A DNA stretch of 59,686 nucleotides from Atractiella rhizophila (Eukaryota): assembly GCA_021432655.1 (NCBI GenBank), contig MU271314.1, forward strand, positions 1 to 59,686, given 5' to 3'. A program made the translations under genes and the position numbers. Positions 36,407 through 48,299 of this stretch are shown in pieces (position 1 is the first letter of the stretch; every line of letters begins with the position of its first letter). Under the pieces are notes generated by a model. The model was given only the letters and a program-made list of their open reading frames with translations, had not been told where the DNA came from and made no database searches.

Positions 36407-38128
36407 TTGTGGGCTGTCACCGTGCCTCTTTCAGGAATGATCGAGCAACAATCGCCTGTCCTATGTCAGAATTCTCAGGAATCAGCACTTGTCAATCTCA
36501 TCACCCCCAAAAGATACAGCACTTCGCTGCAGCTCTCCATTCTTCCCTCTTTCATATCCCGCCTACCTCCGTCGACTCACACGCTCCGTATCACTTTTGT
36601 CTTACCTCTGCTATTGACAGAAGCTAGTCTGAGACTGGTGTCGTCCAAATTGTCCTACCTTCCACTTGAACGCCTTCTGTATCCACCGGAACAAGATGTG
36701 AAGAGGGATGGCGCAGCGAATCTTTGCTTCACCATTGACTTGAAAATTGACTTGGCAACTTTTGGGTCTGTCGGAACGGATGCTTCTTTCCTTTCGGATG
36801 GCCTACTAGACACAGCGTCCTTTAATCGCACTTTTCCTCTGCTTCCAGGGAATCACTCTCAGGCAATATTCTCCCCCATCGCCCTATATTCCGAAGCAGA
36901 AGAGCGTTTTGTCCCTGTCAGCGACGACGCCTTACCATCCCTCCCGCCTGTCCAGCAGGGGAGTACGACCATCGTCCAACTCTCGTTCTCCCCAACTCCA
37001 AGAGTTGTTCCAGGATCTATCACGCACTTGCCTGTCGAGCTTCTCTCACTCATATTCGACCGGTTCAGCGAACCTGCAGTTTCCATCTCCGCTGTCTGTC
37101 GTCTCTGGCGGTCCCTTGCATCCGCTTATTTGAGCGAAGCTGTTTCTGCAAGAGAGATGCATGCTCGCTTAAAGTTATATCCTGGCTCTGGACGTCTGTG
37201 GAAGTCGCTGTGCTTGGTAGAAAATATCAGCATTGGGATGACGAAAGAGGTCATCGTGGGATCGCCGAATGTTACCAAAGTGTGGGTGGATGCATTGTGG
37301 AACGAAGTGGAGGCGAGGATGGTGTTGAATGCGATTGAAGGTCTGAAATGTGTAACTGATATAGCTTTTGGAGATATGGGTTCTAGAAAGTGGAGGAAGG
37401 AGGAGGTGGAGAACTTCGCTCTGAGGATGAGTGGGAGGATCAAACGACTCGCTACTCATGCAATCGAGGGTTCTTCTCCAGCCCCTTCTGCCCCCTCGGC
37501 ATCAACTGGGCTTCACTTGCCTCACGGCTTCATATCCCTCACGCTTCAAAGATACCCGCCTTTCCAATCACTCTACCTCCCAGGCAGTCTACGGTACCTT
37601 AATGTCTCTCATGTGTGTCCCCTGTCTCCTTCCATCTCAAGCATCCCTCTGCCACCACTTCTAGAGCGTCTCTCCCTGAAGCTATCTCCCTTCTCTCCTG
37701 ACGGAACCACCTCCATCTTATCCACTCCGCTCGACCTATCAAGCCTTAAACATCTCGCCACCCTCGTCCTTGACGGTGGAGAGGAAACTTCAAACTTGGT
37801 TTCGCCTCAATTCTTCGGCGCTCTCAAAAATGCGAAAGCTATAGAATACGTGGACCTTCAGTACTGTGTGGTAGACTGGTTCAACTTCCCACAATTCATC
37901 CGCTGGTTCTTTGGAGATCGACAAGTGGAGGAACTCGAGGAGAGGGATGCACCTGAAACAAATTCCTCTGAACCGCGGAAACCGTTTCATGGATTCCATT
38001 TACACGTTGTTTTATTTTTTGGAGAATGGCATGAGCAAGAGATTGATGTTGCGAGGAGAGCGATGAGTGAGTGTGGTGTCGGCGAGCGGGACAGACTTAC
38101 CTTTTTGGACGGGAGTGTGAAGGAGTGA
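36407..38128 (+). CDS. F-box-like/LRR family copy 4, intact ORF (likely ATG at 36438)
   Basis: 573-codon ORF with ITHLPVELLSLIFDRF..ISAVCRLWRSL and the family motifs YPGSGRLW, RKWRKEEVE, LDGGEETSNLVS, FIRWFFG, LFFGEW. Confidence 0.82.
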   Translation: MWAVTVPLSGMIEQQSPVLCQNSQESALVNLITPKRYSTSLQLSILPSFISRLPPSTHTLRITFVLPLLLTEASLRLVSSKLSYLPLERLLYPPEQDVKRDGAANLCFTIDLKIDLATFGSVGTDASFLSDGLLDTASFNRTFPLLPGNHSQAIFSPIALYSEAEERFVPVSDDALPSLPPVQQGSTTIVQLSFSPTPRVVPGSITHLPVELLSLIFDRFSEPAVSISAVCRLWRSLASAYLSEAVSAREMHARLKLYPGSGRLWKSLCLVENISIGMTKEVIVGSPNVTKVWVDALWNEVEARMVLNAIEGLKCVTDIAFGDMGSRKWRKEEVENFALRMSGRIKRLATHAIEGSSPAPSAPSASTGLHLPHGFISLTLQRYPPFQSLYLPGSLRYLNVSHVCPLSPSISSIPLPPLLERLSLKLSPFSPDGTTSILSTPLDLSSLKHLATLVLDGGEETSNLVSPQFFGALKNAKAIEYVDLQYCVVDWFNFPQFIRWFFGDRQVEELEERDAPETNSSEPRKPFHGFHLHVVLFFGEWHEQEIDVARRAMSECGVGERDRLTFLDGSVKE

Positions 38129-38636
38129 GGGAAGGCTAATGGGGTAGTCGACGTCCACTTCGACGAAGAAGCATCCCGAACACTGCACTGGGTTCTCATG
38201 GTGCCTCTGGCATATAATTGAAGGAACTTTCGAGGTCTCCAGCCAGTGCCGCTCTGTCTTAGCGCGTCCTCCCGACAGATTGGACTTGCGATCTGAGACC
38301 ATGCGACCTAGCCCGCGGTGCTTCATCAGATGCTTTGACAGAACTCTAACAAGCGTACTTGCGCACCTCCTTTTCGAGTCTACAGCTAGGAACCCGGATG
38401 TTTTCCACCTTGAATACCCTCCATGTCGCTCTCCCCAGAGCCTTCACAGATGGCGGCTTTTTTGTCCATCCTTACCAGTTCTATCTCGGTTCATCACGTT
38501 AAGTATGCTCAGGATGGCTCAAATTTCGTCATGCGACAGTGCAACACAGGTACGTTCTGTCCTGTTCTTGCGGTCTCTTTCTATCCTCGTCATCTAACTG
38601 TGTTATGGGCTACAGTCTAGTGTCCTATCTGATGGT

Positions 38637-40395
38637 ATGATTCAGCAGGAAACCGCTTTTCTATCCCAGGACTCTCGAGGAGCAGAGTCGATGGCACTGG
38701 TACATCTCATTACTCCAGCGACATATATCTTTTCCCTCTACCTCTCCATTCTTCCCTCTTTTCTATCTCACCTACCTCCGTCAGTTCATACAGTCCGGGC
38801 CACTTTTGACTTTCCTATTGCATTCACGGAAGACGCTCCAGCATTTATGAGCTCGAAGGAATCATACTTAACACTCGAATTCCAAGCAAATGCATTGAAA
38901 AAAGATGGTGAAACCCATTTTTACATGACCCTCAAGTTCAACTTGCACAACTTCACCGTAACCTTTGAGGAGGTCAAACGTCCCATATCTGACAACTCAT
39001 CTATCGATCCGAACAGTCTGTCACCAGACACAGGGACCTTCTCACGAACATTCCCGCTCCTTCCGGGAAATCGCTCCGTGGCCATGTTCACCCCCATCGC
39101 CATTTACTCCAACATCAAACATCCCTTTGTCCCTATCGCCGCTTCATCCCTCCCACTTCTTCACAGTGGCGCTATCATCCAACTCTCTCTTTCTCCATCC
39201 TGCGGCTTCACTCCATGGTCTATCTCAAATCTACCTCTAGAGCTTCTTTCTCTTATTTTCGAATTTCTCAATTTTCGATTTTCTCACGACTAGCAAAGAC
39301 GATGGGCTGGGATCATGCACAGCTTCCAAACTCTCCAAAGTCTGCCAACTCTGGAGGCATGTTTCAGCCGCTCATCGGAGTACACACGACTCTATGAAGG
39401 AGAGACATGCTCGGTTGAAACTGTATCCTGGTGCTGGACGTTTATGGAGGGAACTGCGGTTTCTAGAATACGTGGTCGTTGAGATTGTGAAAGAGATCAT
39501 TGTGGGCTCGCCAAATGTCACGAGCGTGTACGTGGATGCTTTTTGGAATGAAGAAGAAGCAAACACAGTGTTGAGTGCAATCGAAGGGTTGAAAGTGCTA
39601 GAGGAGGTATTCTTTGGTCAATTCGGTTTGAGGAAGTGGAAGAAGGGGGAGGTGGAGAGCTTTCTGCGGAGGATGGGTTCGAGGATCAGACACTTTAGCG
39701 CTTACAAAGTGGACGATGCTTCCTCCTCCTCCTCCTCTTCGGTATCAACTGGCCTTCAATTACACCCTGGTTTATTATCCATTACGCTTCAAGACAATCC
39801 CCCTCTCACATCACTCTCCCTACCATGCACGCTCTTGCGTCTGAGTCTGTCCGATCTGTGTCCTCTCCCTCCGTGCATCTCCACCTCCCCTCTTCCATCT
39901 CTTCTGCAAAGTCTCTGGATCAACCTCGGCCCTTACTCCGCTGATGGAAATACCTCCGTCTTACACACTCCACTCGACTTGTCACACCTCACGCAGCTCA
40001 CCTCCCTCTACCTCGATGGGGGCAAGGACACGTCAAACTTTGTTTCCCGCCAGTTATTCAACACTCTCAAAAATGCACAGGCGATAGAACGCATAGAGCT
40101 CGTGTATTGTGCGGTGGACTGGTTTGGTTTCCCAGAATTCATCCGTTGGTTCTTTGGGGATCGTTGGGTGAAGAACGTCAAGAAGGATGGATCTGACGGA
40201 GAGAAATGTGTCAAAGGGTCCATTTTAAGCGTTCTATTATTTTTTGGAGAGTGGGACGAGGAGCAGATGGGTATTGCTGGGAGGGCAATTGAAGAGATGA
40301 CCGAGTGGAAGGCACTGTCGAGGGCTTCGGAGGAGGGTGAGATGAATGAATGGAGGGTACCATCGATGATTTCGGAGGAAGGTGAGGAGGAGTGA
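38637..40395 (+). pseudogene. F-box-like/LRR family copy 5, frameshifted by a 16-nt tandem duplication
   Basis: ATTTTCGAATTTCTCA/ATTTTCGATTTTCTCA at 39255-39286. Removing one unit restores LLSLIFDFLTTSKDDGLGSCTASKLSKVCQLWRHV..SMKERHARLKLYPGAGRLW. Confidence 0.85.
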
Positions 40396-41699
40396 CATTT
40401 GTCGTAGCGGGAGAGAATGGTGTTAGGAGCAGAAGCTGTGGCTGCATCGGGTGAGAGGAGAAGGGGAATTCCGCGGTGCCTCCATCGTCTGATAAGGGGA
40501 GTGCCGTTCCGACCTTCTCCAAAAGGCGGGAAGTTGGGGAGGCTGGATGATGACCTCATGAGAAATTGCTTGCCTCCATCCTTCCTAAAAGCAGGCAAGT
40601 TTATCTACTCGTTCAAGGTTCCATTCCTTTCTCAAGATCGTCACAACCGTGTCAAAACAAACTTGCGAGTGAGAGCTACGTCTCATCCACATTCTTTGAC
40701 CAAAGGTTCCATCCTCATTAGATACATCTCAGCATGTCCACTCTGATCGTTAAGACACCTTCGACTATAACGAATGCTGAAGAGCAGATATTGAAAGACT
40801 TCCTTGTGTCAGGTTGACTTTGAAGGATCAACATTTAGATGGATCGGCCTCGTCAATCTTGCTCAGAACGCTGTGGTAGTGGTGAAACCTATCAGGAAAG
40901 AAAGGTACGTCTTCCATCATCCAGCTTTATCCCATAGCACTGACTCCGTTGAAGATGCAGGAAGGAGACATGCTCATCGTCATTAAACCAGTGTAGGAGG
41001 AGAGCGCGCGAGTCAAAGCCAAGGTACTCCGTCCCCTCTACCGCTCAATGCAAATTGTTGTAACAAAACAAATAAAAGTTGAGCGCATCAATGCCTCTCT
41101 CCTGGATTCATCACAAGCAGTCTCATAGTATTTCGGAATTGTGAACAGAACGTAAAGTCAAATAGAACAATTGATTTTCAAGGTGGTCCAATTTTACATC
41201 CAGGTTCAGAGCTTCAGACTTGAGTCCAAGCGCTTAGGAGAACCGGACAATGGCAGAGAGTTGCAGCGTGGGGTAAGATTGCTTACTGGCCCGGTTAAGT
41301 TCCAGCCTTCAATCTCCTGAGATATTACATCTCTCTTCCTTTCCGCCCACTGGCCACTGGCAGTACCATCCGACATCCGATATCGTCCAATATCAAGTTG
41401 CATATCGTGTATTTGGGTCACGACGCCGTTCCGACAAATTCGGTACAAATGGTAGCAAATGCAACAGTGTTTGCAATTTACGTTCTAAACGACCATTGCG
41501 GCATCTCAGTGGCATCTCCCCCAGCACCTCTTCGCTTTCGTAAGGCTTAGATAGGGGACTTAGAGTCTCAAGTGTCCATAAAAGTGTCTGAAAATAGAAA
41601 GAATTAGTATCTGCAGAGTTACAAAAGGTGGCGTCTCCCTCCTCTATCGTAGCAAATGACGGAGTTTTTTACCTAGGTTCAAAGCCCCTCAAGTTCATA

Positions 41700-43506
41700 A
41701 TGGCGCGTAAAACAATCTATATCATCCGTCATGCGGAAGGGTACCACAACCTCCCTCCGTCAGTCGATGTTCCCATCCCGGTAGACCTGCACGACCCATC
41801 TCTCACACCACTAGGCGAGTCGCAATGCGCCACTCTGAACTCTTCCCTCGTCTCTTCTTCTCCACTTCCCGTCGATCTCATCGTTACCTCTCCCATCCGA
41901 AGGACACTTCAAACCACTCTCAGGGTGTTCGATGGCCACCCAACACTCAAGGAGAAAGGAGCCCTCGTCTTCCAGGACGTCCAAGAAGCTGCAGACCTCA
42001 ATTGTAACATCGGAACCTCCCTTCCAAAACTGAAAGAAGAGTTCGCACCCTCCAAAATCGGTGATATTCAATTCGACTTCTCCCTCCTTCCCTCAGACGA
42101 TTCTTGGATCCCTAAAACCGGTTTCTATGCGCCGACACCAGAGGCTCTTACTCTCCGTGCAGCAGCTGTCAGGGAGTGGCTCAGCAAGAGGGAGGAGGAA
42201 AAGATCGCCATCGTCTCACATGGCGCCATATTACATTTCTTGATCGAAGATTGGTCCGATCATTGTTTGGAGAGTGGGACCGGGTTCAAGAATTGCGAGT
42301 TTCGCATACTAGAGCTCCTCCCTAGAATGGAACACGAGAAGGTGGATCCTTCGTCCTCCAATGACGCGGAAAAGATCAATTCCTCTCCAGTCTTAGTCGA
42401 GACGGCGGAATCGAGAAAGAGGAGGAAGGAGCCCGTGCATGAACATTTCTCTTCTCTTGATGAGACAGAGACGCGAGAGCTAGCGAAAATTCAGGGACAG
42501 AATGCTTATCTGAGGAGGAAGACCCGGTTCCCCAAACCGAGCGATATCGACATCATCTTCTCTGACGTCGATGGGACTCTCATCACCAAATCGCACGATG
42601 TGCACCCTCTCAACCTCTCCGCCATCAAGCATTGGAGGTCCAAGTACCCAGAAAAACCCATCATTGTCGCCTCAGGAAGACATAAGAACTCCTGTCTCTC
42701 CATCCGCCAAGAGTTGGGACTCCTCGACGCCTACGCAATACACTGCAATGGTGGGATAGTCTATAAAGGCTCTGAAGTGGTCGCCATCCGCTCTCTTTCA
42801 GTGGAAGCCATCGACTCCATCCTCTCCACTCTCTCCGACCGCTCACTCTTTGCCTTCACTGAGGACGAGATCGTGTATGTTAATAAGGAGACGAATGAGA
42901 CTGAGAACTGGCTGGAGGTTTCAAGGAGTTACGATGGCGGGATTTTGGATTGCAGTGAAGGAGTAGAGAAGGAGCGCTTCCTGAAAGATGTCAGGGAAGG
43001 GAAGAAGAAGGTGCTCAAGTTCACTTGCTGCGTCGACATCTCGCAAATTCCTCGTGAGTCTCCTCCTTCCATCTAACATATACTTCAACTTTTCTTCTGT
43101 AAACAAGCATGGATCCTAACAACTTGATATGGTGCAGAACTGACGCATAAACTCGATCATCCCGATTTCTCTGTGACCCGCGCCATCCCCTTCATCCTAG
43201 AAATGAATCCGCGAGGGGTAAACAAATTCTGGGCGGTCGAACAAGTTTGTTCCGCTCTCAGCATTGATCCAAGGCGAGCACTGGCATTTGGGGACGGCGA
43301 GAATGACAAGGAGATGTTGGTCGGAGGTTTGTCCACCTTTTCTTGCTCTATCTGATTCCCAGTTGATGATAATGTGTTGATACACAGTCGGATATGGAGT
43401 GTGCATGAATAACGCTTTCCCCAAAGTTAAAGCGATTGGGAGATTCATCACCGCTTCAAATGACGAGGGGGGAGTAGGAGCTTTCTTGATGCGCGTTGAC
43501 AAGTAA
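41700..43506 (+). CDS. Fusion protein: histidine phosphatase (phosphoglycerate mutase-like) + Cof-type HAD-IIB hydrolase, 3 exons
   Basis: IYIIRHAEGYHN, DPSLTPLG, VTSPIRRTLQT, IAIVSHG, then in the same exon IIFSDVDGTL, IVASGR, IHCNGG. After the introns: LEMNPRGVNKFWAV, AFGDGENDKEML, GVCMNNA, TASNDEGGVG. Confidence 0.9.
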
Positions 43507-43752
43507 AGGCTGGTATAGAATTCCGCATTTGATTTTCTGTCCTTCTTCATAGGTAAAGTGTACATCCGAGTAGAATATAGAATTTGTAGAACACATAAAA
43601 CTTCTCAAGGTATCACGAACGGAGTTATTGAGCAAGGTGGGTAATATAGGTCAAACAAAGACCACCAAATTGATCATGTCACAACGACAAATAATTCAGC
43701 AAAGGAGACAAGCTTTGCACAGCAACATCACTACGAAAAGGGGCAGCATCAA

Positions 43753-44991
43753 TCACTTACTTCCGCTACCACTTGCCTGCCCGCTCCCTCCAGCCCCCGT
43801 CCCCCCTTGTGCCTGAGGGTCCATGCTATCACTTCCCAGTACGGGCGGTTCAAGGCCTGGACCAGGCACGAGTTTCATCCCTACATCCTTACACTCGTTC
43901 GATATATCGCGCATCATTTCCCCCCAAGATGCATCCATCAGCTTGGAGTTCTTGAAGGAATCCAATTCCGCTCGCGTCATCTGTATCGCCGTGCTCGTTG
44001 TGTGTTTCACCACTCGTTCTTGGCTTGGGGAGATGGCCGAGGTGTAGGTCATGGTGAGGTGGAAGTGGAAGGCCAAGTCGCCGGAATGTAATACTACATC
44101 AAACCACAATACCATCAGCAGCAGAAAGTAAGAAAATGAGTGAGATTTGGGAAAAAGGGACGGAAGGCCGACGTTTGACAGCGATGGGAAGGCTCGTAGG
44201 GATGTCCTCTCCGTCTCCGTTCAGGCCAACTTCAAATATGCCACCGTTGTCATTCGTTTGCGTTCTTATCTGATACTTGTGTGGTTCATCCTCTGCTGCT
44301 GCCTGGTCGTCTGACGGGGGGCGGGGTACCGTTTCTGATATCCTGTTCCAAATTAACTTAGCATATCAGCTACATTGCCCTGTTCGTTAAAGACATGGTA
44401 AATGATGATGCGCGCACTTGCAACGTCCATCAGTCTCACTTCGTCCGGCACCTTGCAGTGCGACCGATTGACAAAAGTATGCAATGGAGATGTTGGAGAT
44501 AAGAAGGTCGATGCCGGATTGGATGTGTAGACGGAAGAAAACTTCTCTGTGACACGATGCCCTAGCCGTCAGTCATAGATTGCAGGAGGAGCAGGCAGAC
44601 GGACGTTGCGTTCCTCCGCGGGATCTTGCCACTATCCAGCCATAAAACGATGTAATCAACGGCTTGTTATGAAAGAGGGCAGCAGAGGGGAAAGACATAC
44701 AATCTCACATTCTCCAGGGTCAAAAGCGTCCTCGCGGTCATCAAACGAATAATCGATAAGTACTCTTGGAGTGTGCAACCTATCGGCATTAAATACATTA
44801 GGTGCGAGCTTTCCTCTCGAAGGAATTATGTTTATCGATCCCTGACCGAGCGGTTGTGCTGGCAGAGGTACCTCTTCCGCTTGTTCTGACGGTGATGGCG
44901 GTGGAGGATTCAACTTGGCATCAATCTCGCGCAAAACCTCCTCCGCATCGAGTATCTCGTACTCGTAAGATCTTCTGAACGGCATGGCCAT
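43753..44991 (-). CDS. Hypothetical protein, tandem trio member 1 (multi-exon)
   Basis: YEYEILDAEEVLREIDAKL, LHTPRVLID, GGIFEVGLNGDGEDIPTSLPIAVK, HSGDLAFHFHL, KLMDASWGEMMRDI align with members 2 and 3. The start could be 45066. Confidence 0.7.
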
Positions 44992-45770
44992 GTCTGCTGA
45001 GACTGGAAGCTTCTTTGAAAGGGAAGAAAGATCGAATGTGCCACCTCGCGAGGAGGCTCTTTCCATTCACTTGCAAACGAACCGATCTGCAACGATGCGT
45101 TGGAAAAACGTTCGTAAGGTTGCCGGTACAGCTCCTTCGCAGTATCCGAATGCTGATTACTTGAAGTCTCAAAGTTGGAGGTCGATGAGAGTAGGAGACC
45201 CTCAGGATGTGATGCAATTTATACTGATCTCGGACGGCAGGACTGAGGAAGGAGAGCAACTAGCGGCGCAGAGCTGATTCGTCGCACGGTTCCCTTGACT
45301 CGTGCACGGCCTCCGCGTTGTGGGAAGTGAGCCACTCCAGCAGAGCCGACGTTCGTAAACAGTGTGAAAGGAAGCGAACGTCGATAAAAATCACGTGAAC
45401 GTGAACCGTGTTTCCGTCTTTGATAGTCACGGTGACAAGTCTTCAGTCTTCAGGTTTCTGCATCCATTATGGCTTCACTTCTACGCTCACGTTTATGTCA
45501 TGACCAAAGTCCTTGCTTGGATGCTAATTGACTGGACGGTCGGATCCGCAGACTGATGTTTAACACAGCTGATTGGGAATTGATTAAGTTGGAATTAATC
45601 AACACCTCGCGGGGAGAGATAGGGCTGAAGTATTTCAAAACACAGCTTGCTAGAACGCCAACCGTTGCAGCTGGTTGATGAATGCTAAAGTTCCCCTCCC
45701 GGGCGGCATTCCTTCGAATAAAGGAGAATCTGGTCGTGAGAACGAAAGTTGATATATTTATGTTTCAAGC

Positions 45771-47596
45771 TTAACCTATTTTTGAGCCATGCATATGCAT
45801 AGATACACCTTCACTTCGGTTGGAGGAGTAGTTAGTGGCAGAGAAGGGGTCTTGATGGTCAGGGTTAAAACGTGAATTGACTCCCTCCAGCAATGATAAT
45901 TCTCCGTGCTCCTTCTCTTCATGAACGTCGGCAGCATTGTGTTCTATTCCAGTCGCGGTGAATAGTTTTCGACGGCTGATGGCGATGGAGTTCCACTGAC
46001 CTCGAAGAGGACGGAAGGACTGCATCTAATCAGCATTTATCTAGCGAGGCCGAACTGCGGTAGGATGGATACAAAGGGGAACCATTCTATGACCTACTAA
46101 CGAGGAAGTAGTGACATAAGACCCATTTTCCATAGACATTTTCCAAATTTTATCGACGTATAGGTTGAGTTTCTGAACTTTGCCATCAAGTCCAAACACG
46201 GCCGATGGAGGGACGTATCGTGATTGTGTTATTTGTCCTTTAGGAGGTGACGAATCCTGAGGATTGTGTGAGCGTCAGGAAAGAACCGCTCTGTGTGCTG
46301 CAGGAGGGTGAAGAGCAGAAATACCACATACATGCAGTATTTGTACGACGTTATTCACTGTGAGTTTCATCAAGCTAATCATCAGCATCTCAGTAGTGAA
46401 ATGGCCAACCTTATCATCACCTGAAGGGCTAGACGACGCCTCAGGACCTTTGGGTGGTGTGGAGTCTCGCGGCTTCTGAAGCATCGGAAGGTTAGAGTCT
46501 TGAGAAAGCACATAGCCCGCGTCGCTCCACTCTGTGTCGACGTCCTCCAGAATTGTACTCCAGGCCGCATTCATCAGGCCTTTGGTGACATATGCATCCT
46601 TTGCAGCCTCTTCGATTCTAATGGTACGAGAAAAGAGATCTTTTGCCACCGTTCGCTCTGTCTCTGTTTCTGCAAGCGGTACTGACGATGTCAGCCGGAC
46701 TTGGATTTGAAAAGAGACGGCGAAATCTCCTTTGTGGTTCCTAAGTTCCTCCATGAGCAATTTAGGGAATGGCAGCAGATGGCATAGAGACTAACATCCT
46801 TATAGCGAAGGGTAGGGTAAACGGTTTATCACTACCATCTTGGGCGAAACTGGCTTCAAAAGTTCCGCTGGCGTTAGCATCACCACGATTGCACTTTATC
46901 GGCACGCCACTCCCACTCCCCGCTGCTCCTCGGCCAAGATGTGGAGCGGAATCTCTTACACTGCAAATAATGCGTTTGTTAAGCTCAGTACCAAGAGTAA
47001 GCTCACGCGATGCGGTCTGAAGTAGTGCCACCAGCTGATTGAATGTAGTATGATACTTGAATCCTGGTAATAACGACGTCGAAGCCATTTTGGACCTGAA
47101 GCCTAGGCAAAGAGGCAGTGAGTTGGGGGACGCCAAGAAGCCAAATATGTCATGTCATATTACCTGAATATTAGATCCCTAAGCAGCGTAGGCATTATTT
47201 AGTCTAGATCCACTGAGGATGGGGGACAAACGTGGGATCCCTATGCATCCTCGCCCCCCTGGAAAACAATTAACAAATTGAGGTTGGGATGGGAAGGGGA
47301 CACACAAACGAACATTCTCGATTTGCAGCAACAGCCTTGATGTGAGATATTCCCGATCGAAGATGATTCGTGGATGGGTAGCAAGGTCGGCAGCAAGGAT
47401 GCTCTTGGCTTCAGTTACTTCTTGTCCATTCAGTCCAAATACGACTGAAGGGCCTATTTTTTCGAGCATTTCCTCCATTTCCTTCTTTACCTGAGGCAGA
47501 GACGTCAAGACCTTCTCCTCGGAGAGATAGATGACAACGACGATTTACCCCGTCTGTGTCTTCCACCAACTCGTAAATGACCGCTGAGCTTGCCAT
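45771..47596 (-). CDS. Hypothetical protein, tandem trio member 2 (multi-exon; 3' end uncertain)
   Basis: MASSAVIYELVEDTDG/VKKEMEEML..LATHPRIIFDREYLTSRLLLQIEN..CSVRDSAP..PFTLPFAIRML/..NHKGDFAVSFQ..LMNAAWSTILEDVDTEW. Confidence 0.75.
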
Positions 47597-48299
47597 CTCT
47601 AAATCGTGTGAGATCTTCGCTGATGGCTACCGCTTCAAAGGACGATGAAGGAGAATGGGCAGAGAGAATGCTACAGCATATTTTTGTGGATGGCAGCTGT
47701 GAAGCGGACCCGCGGACCTTCAGCACGACGACGACGACGATATCCAACGGTGGCTGCAGTTTAGCTCCATTTGAGTAAACTTGAATTAAGTCGACGAGCT
47801 CAATCCGTAAACTTGATGATGCGTTTGATATCAATACTTGAGGGATGCCTTCTCGAGTTGCTGCTCATGAGTTTACTTCGAGACCAACTTCAACTGGATG
47901 ACGGGATAAGCGCTGGCGCGCCCGCTGCTGCACAACCCTCGGCCTCAACTGTGAGTCCACCAGCGCAAGTCAAGCGTAGTGCTTTGTTCGCGATTCACAA
48001 ATAGATAATCACGTGTTTTGAGCAATTTGCGTCAACCTTTGAAGTTGCCCTGTTGGCTAACAGAGGGACTTGATGGAGAAGCGTCCGGCTATACCTTCAC
48101 TTCTAGCTCCAGTCACAGAAATGGCTCAAGCCACGGCAAGATGAGCACCTTGGTCTAGGATAGTGTCCTCCTCACACAACCATTCGATGCATTCGATGGA
48201 GAGCTAGCTAGGAGAACCAAACCACAGAAGAAGTAGAGGGCTAGGTCAATCAGTTTGTCCAGCGTATTCAACTCCAGTAGGATCTGTGTCTTGAGACCA

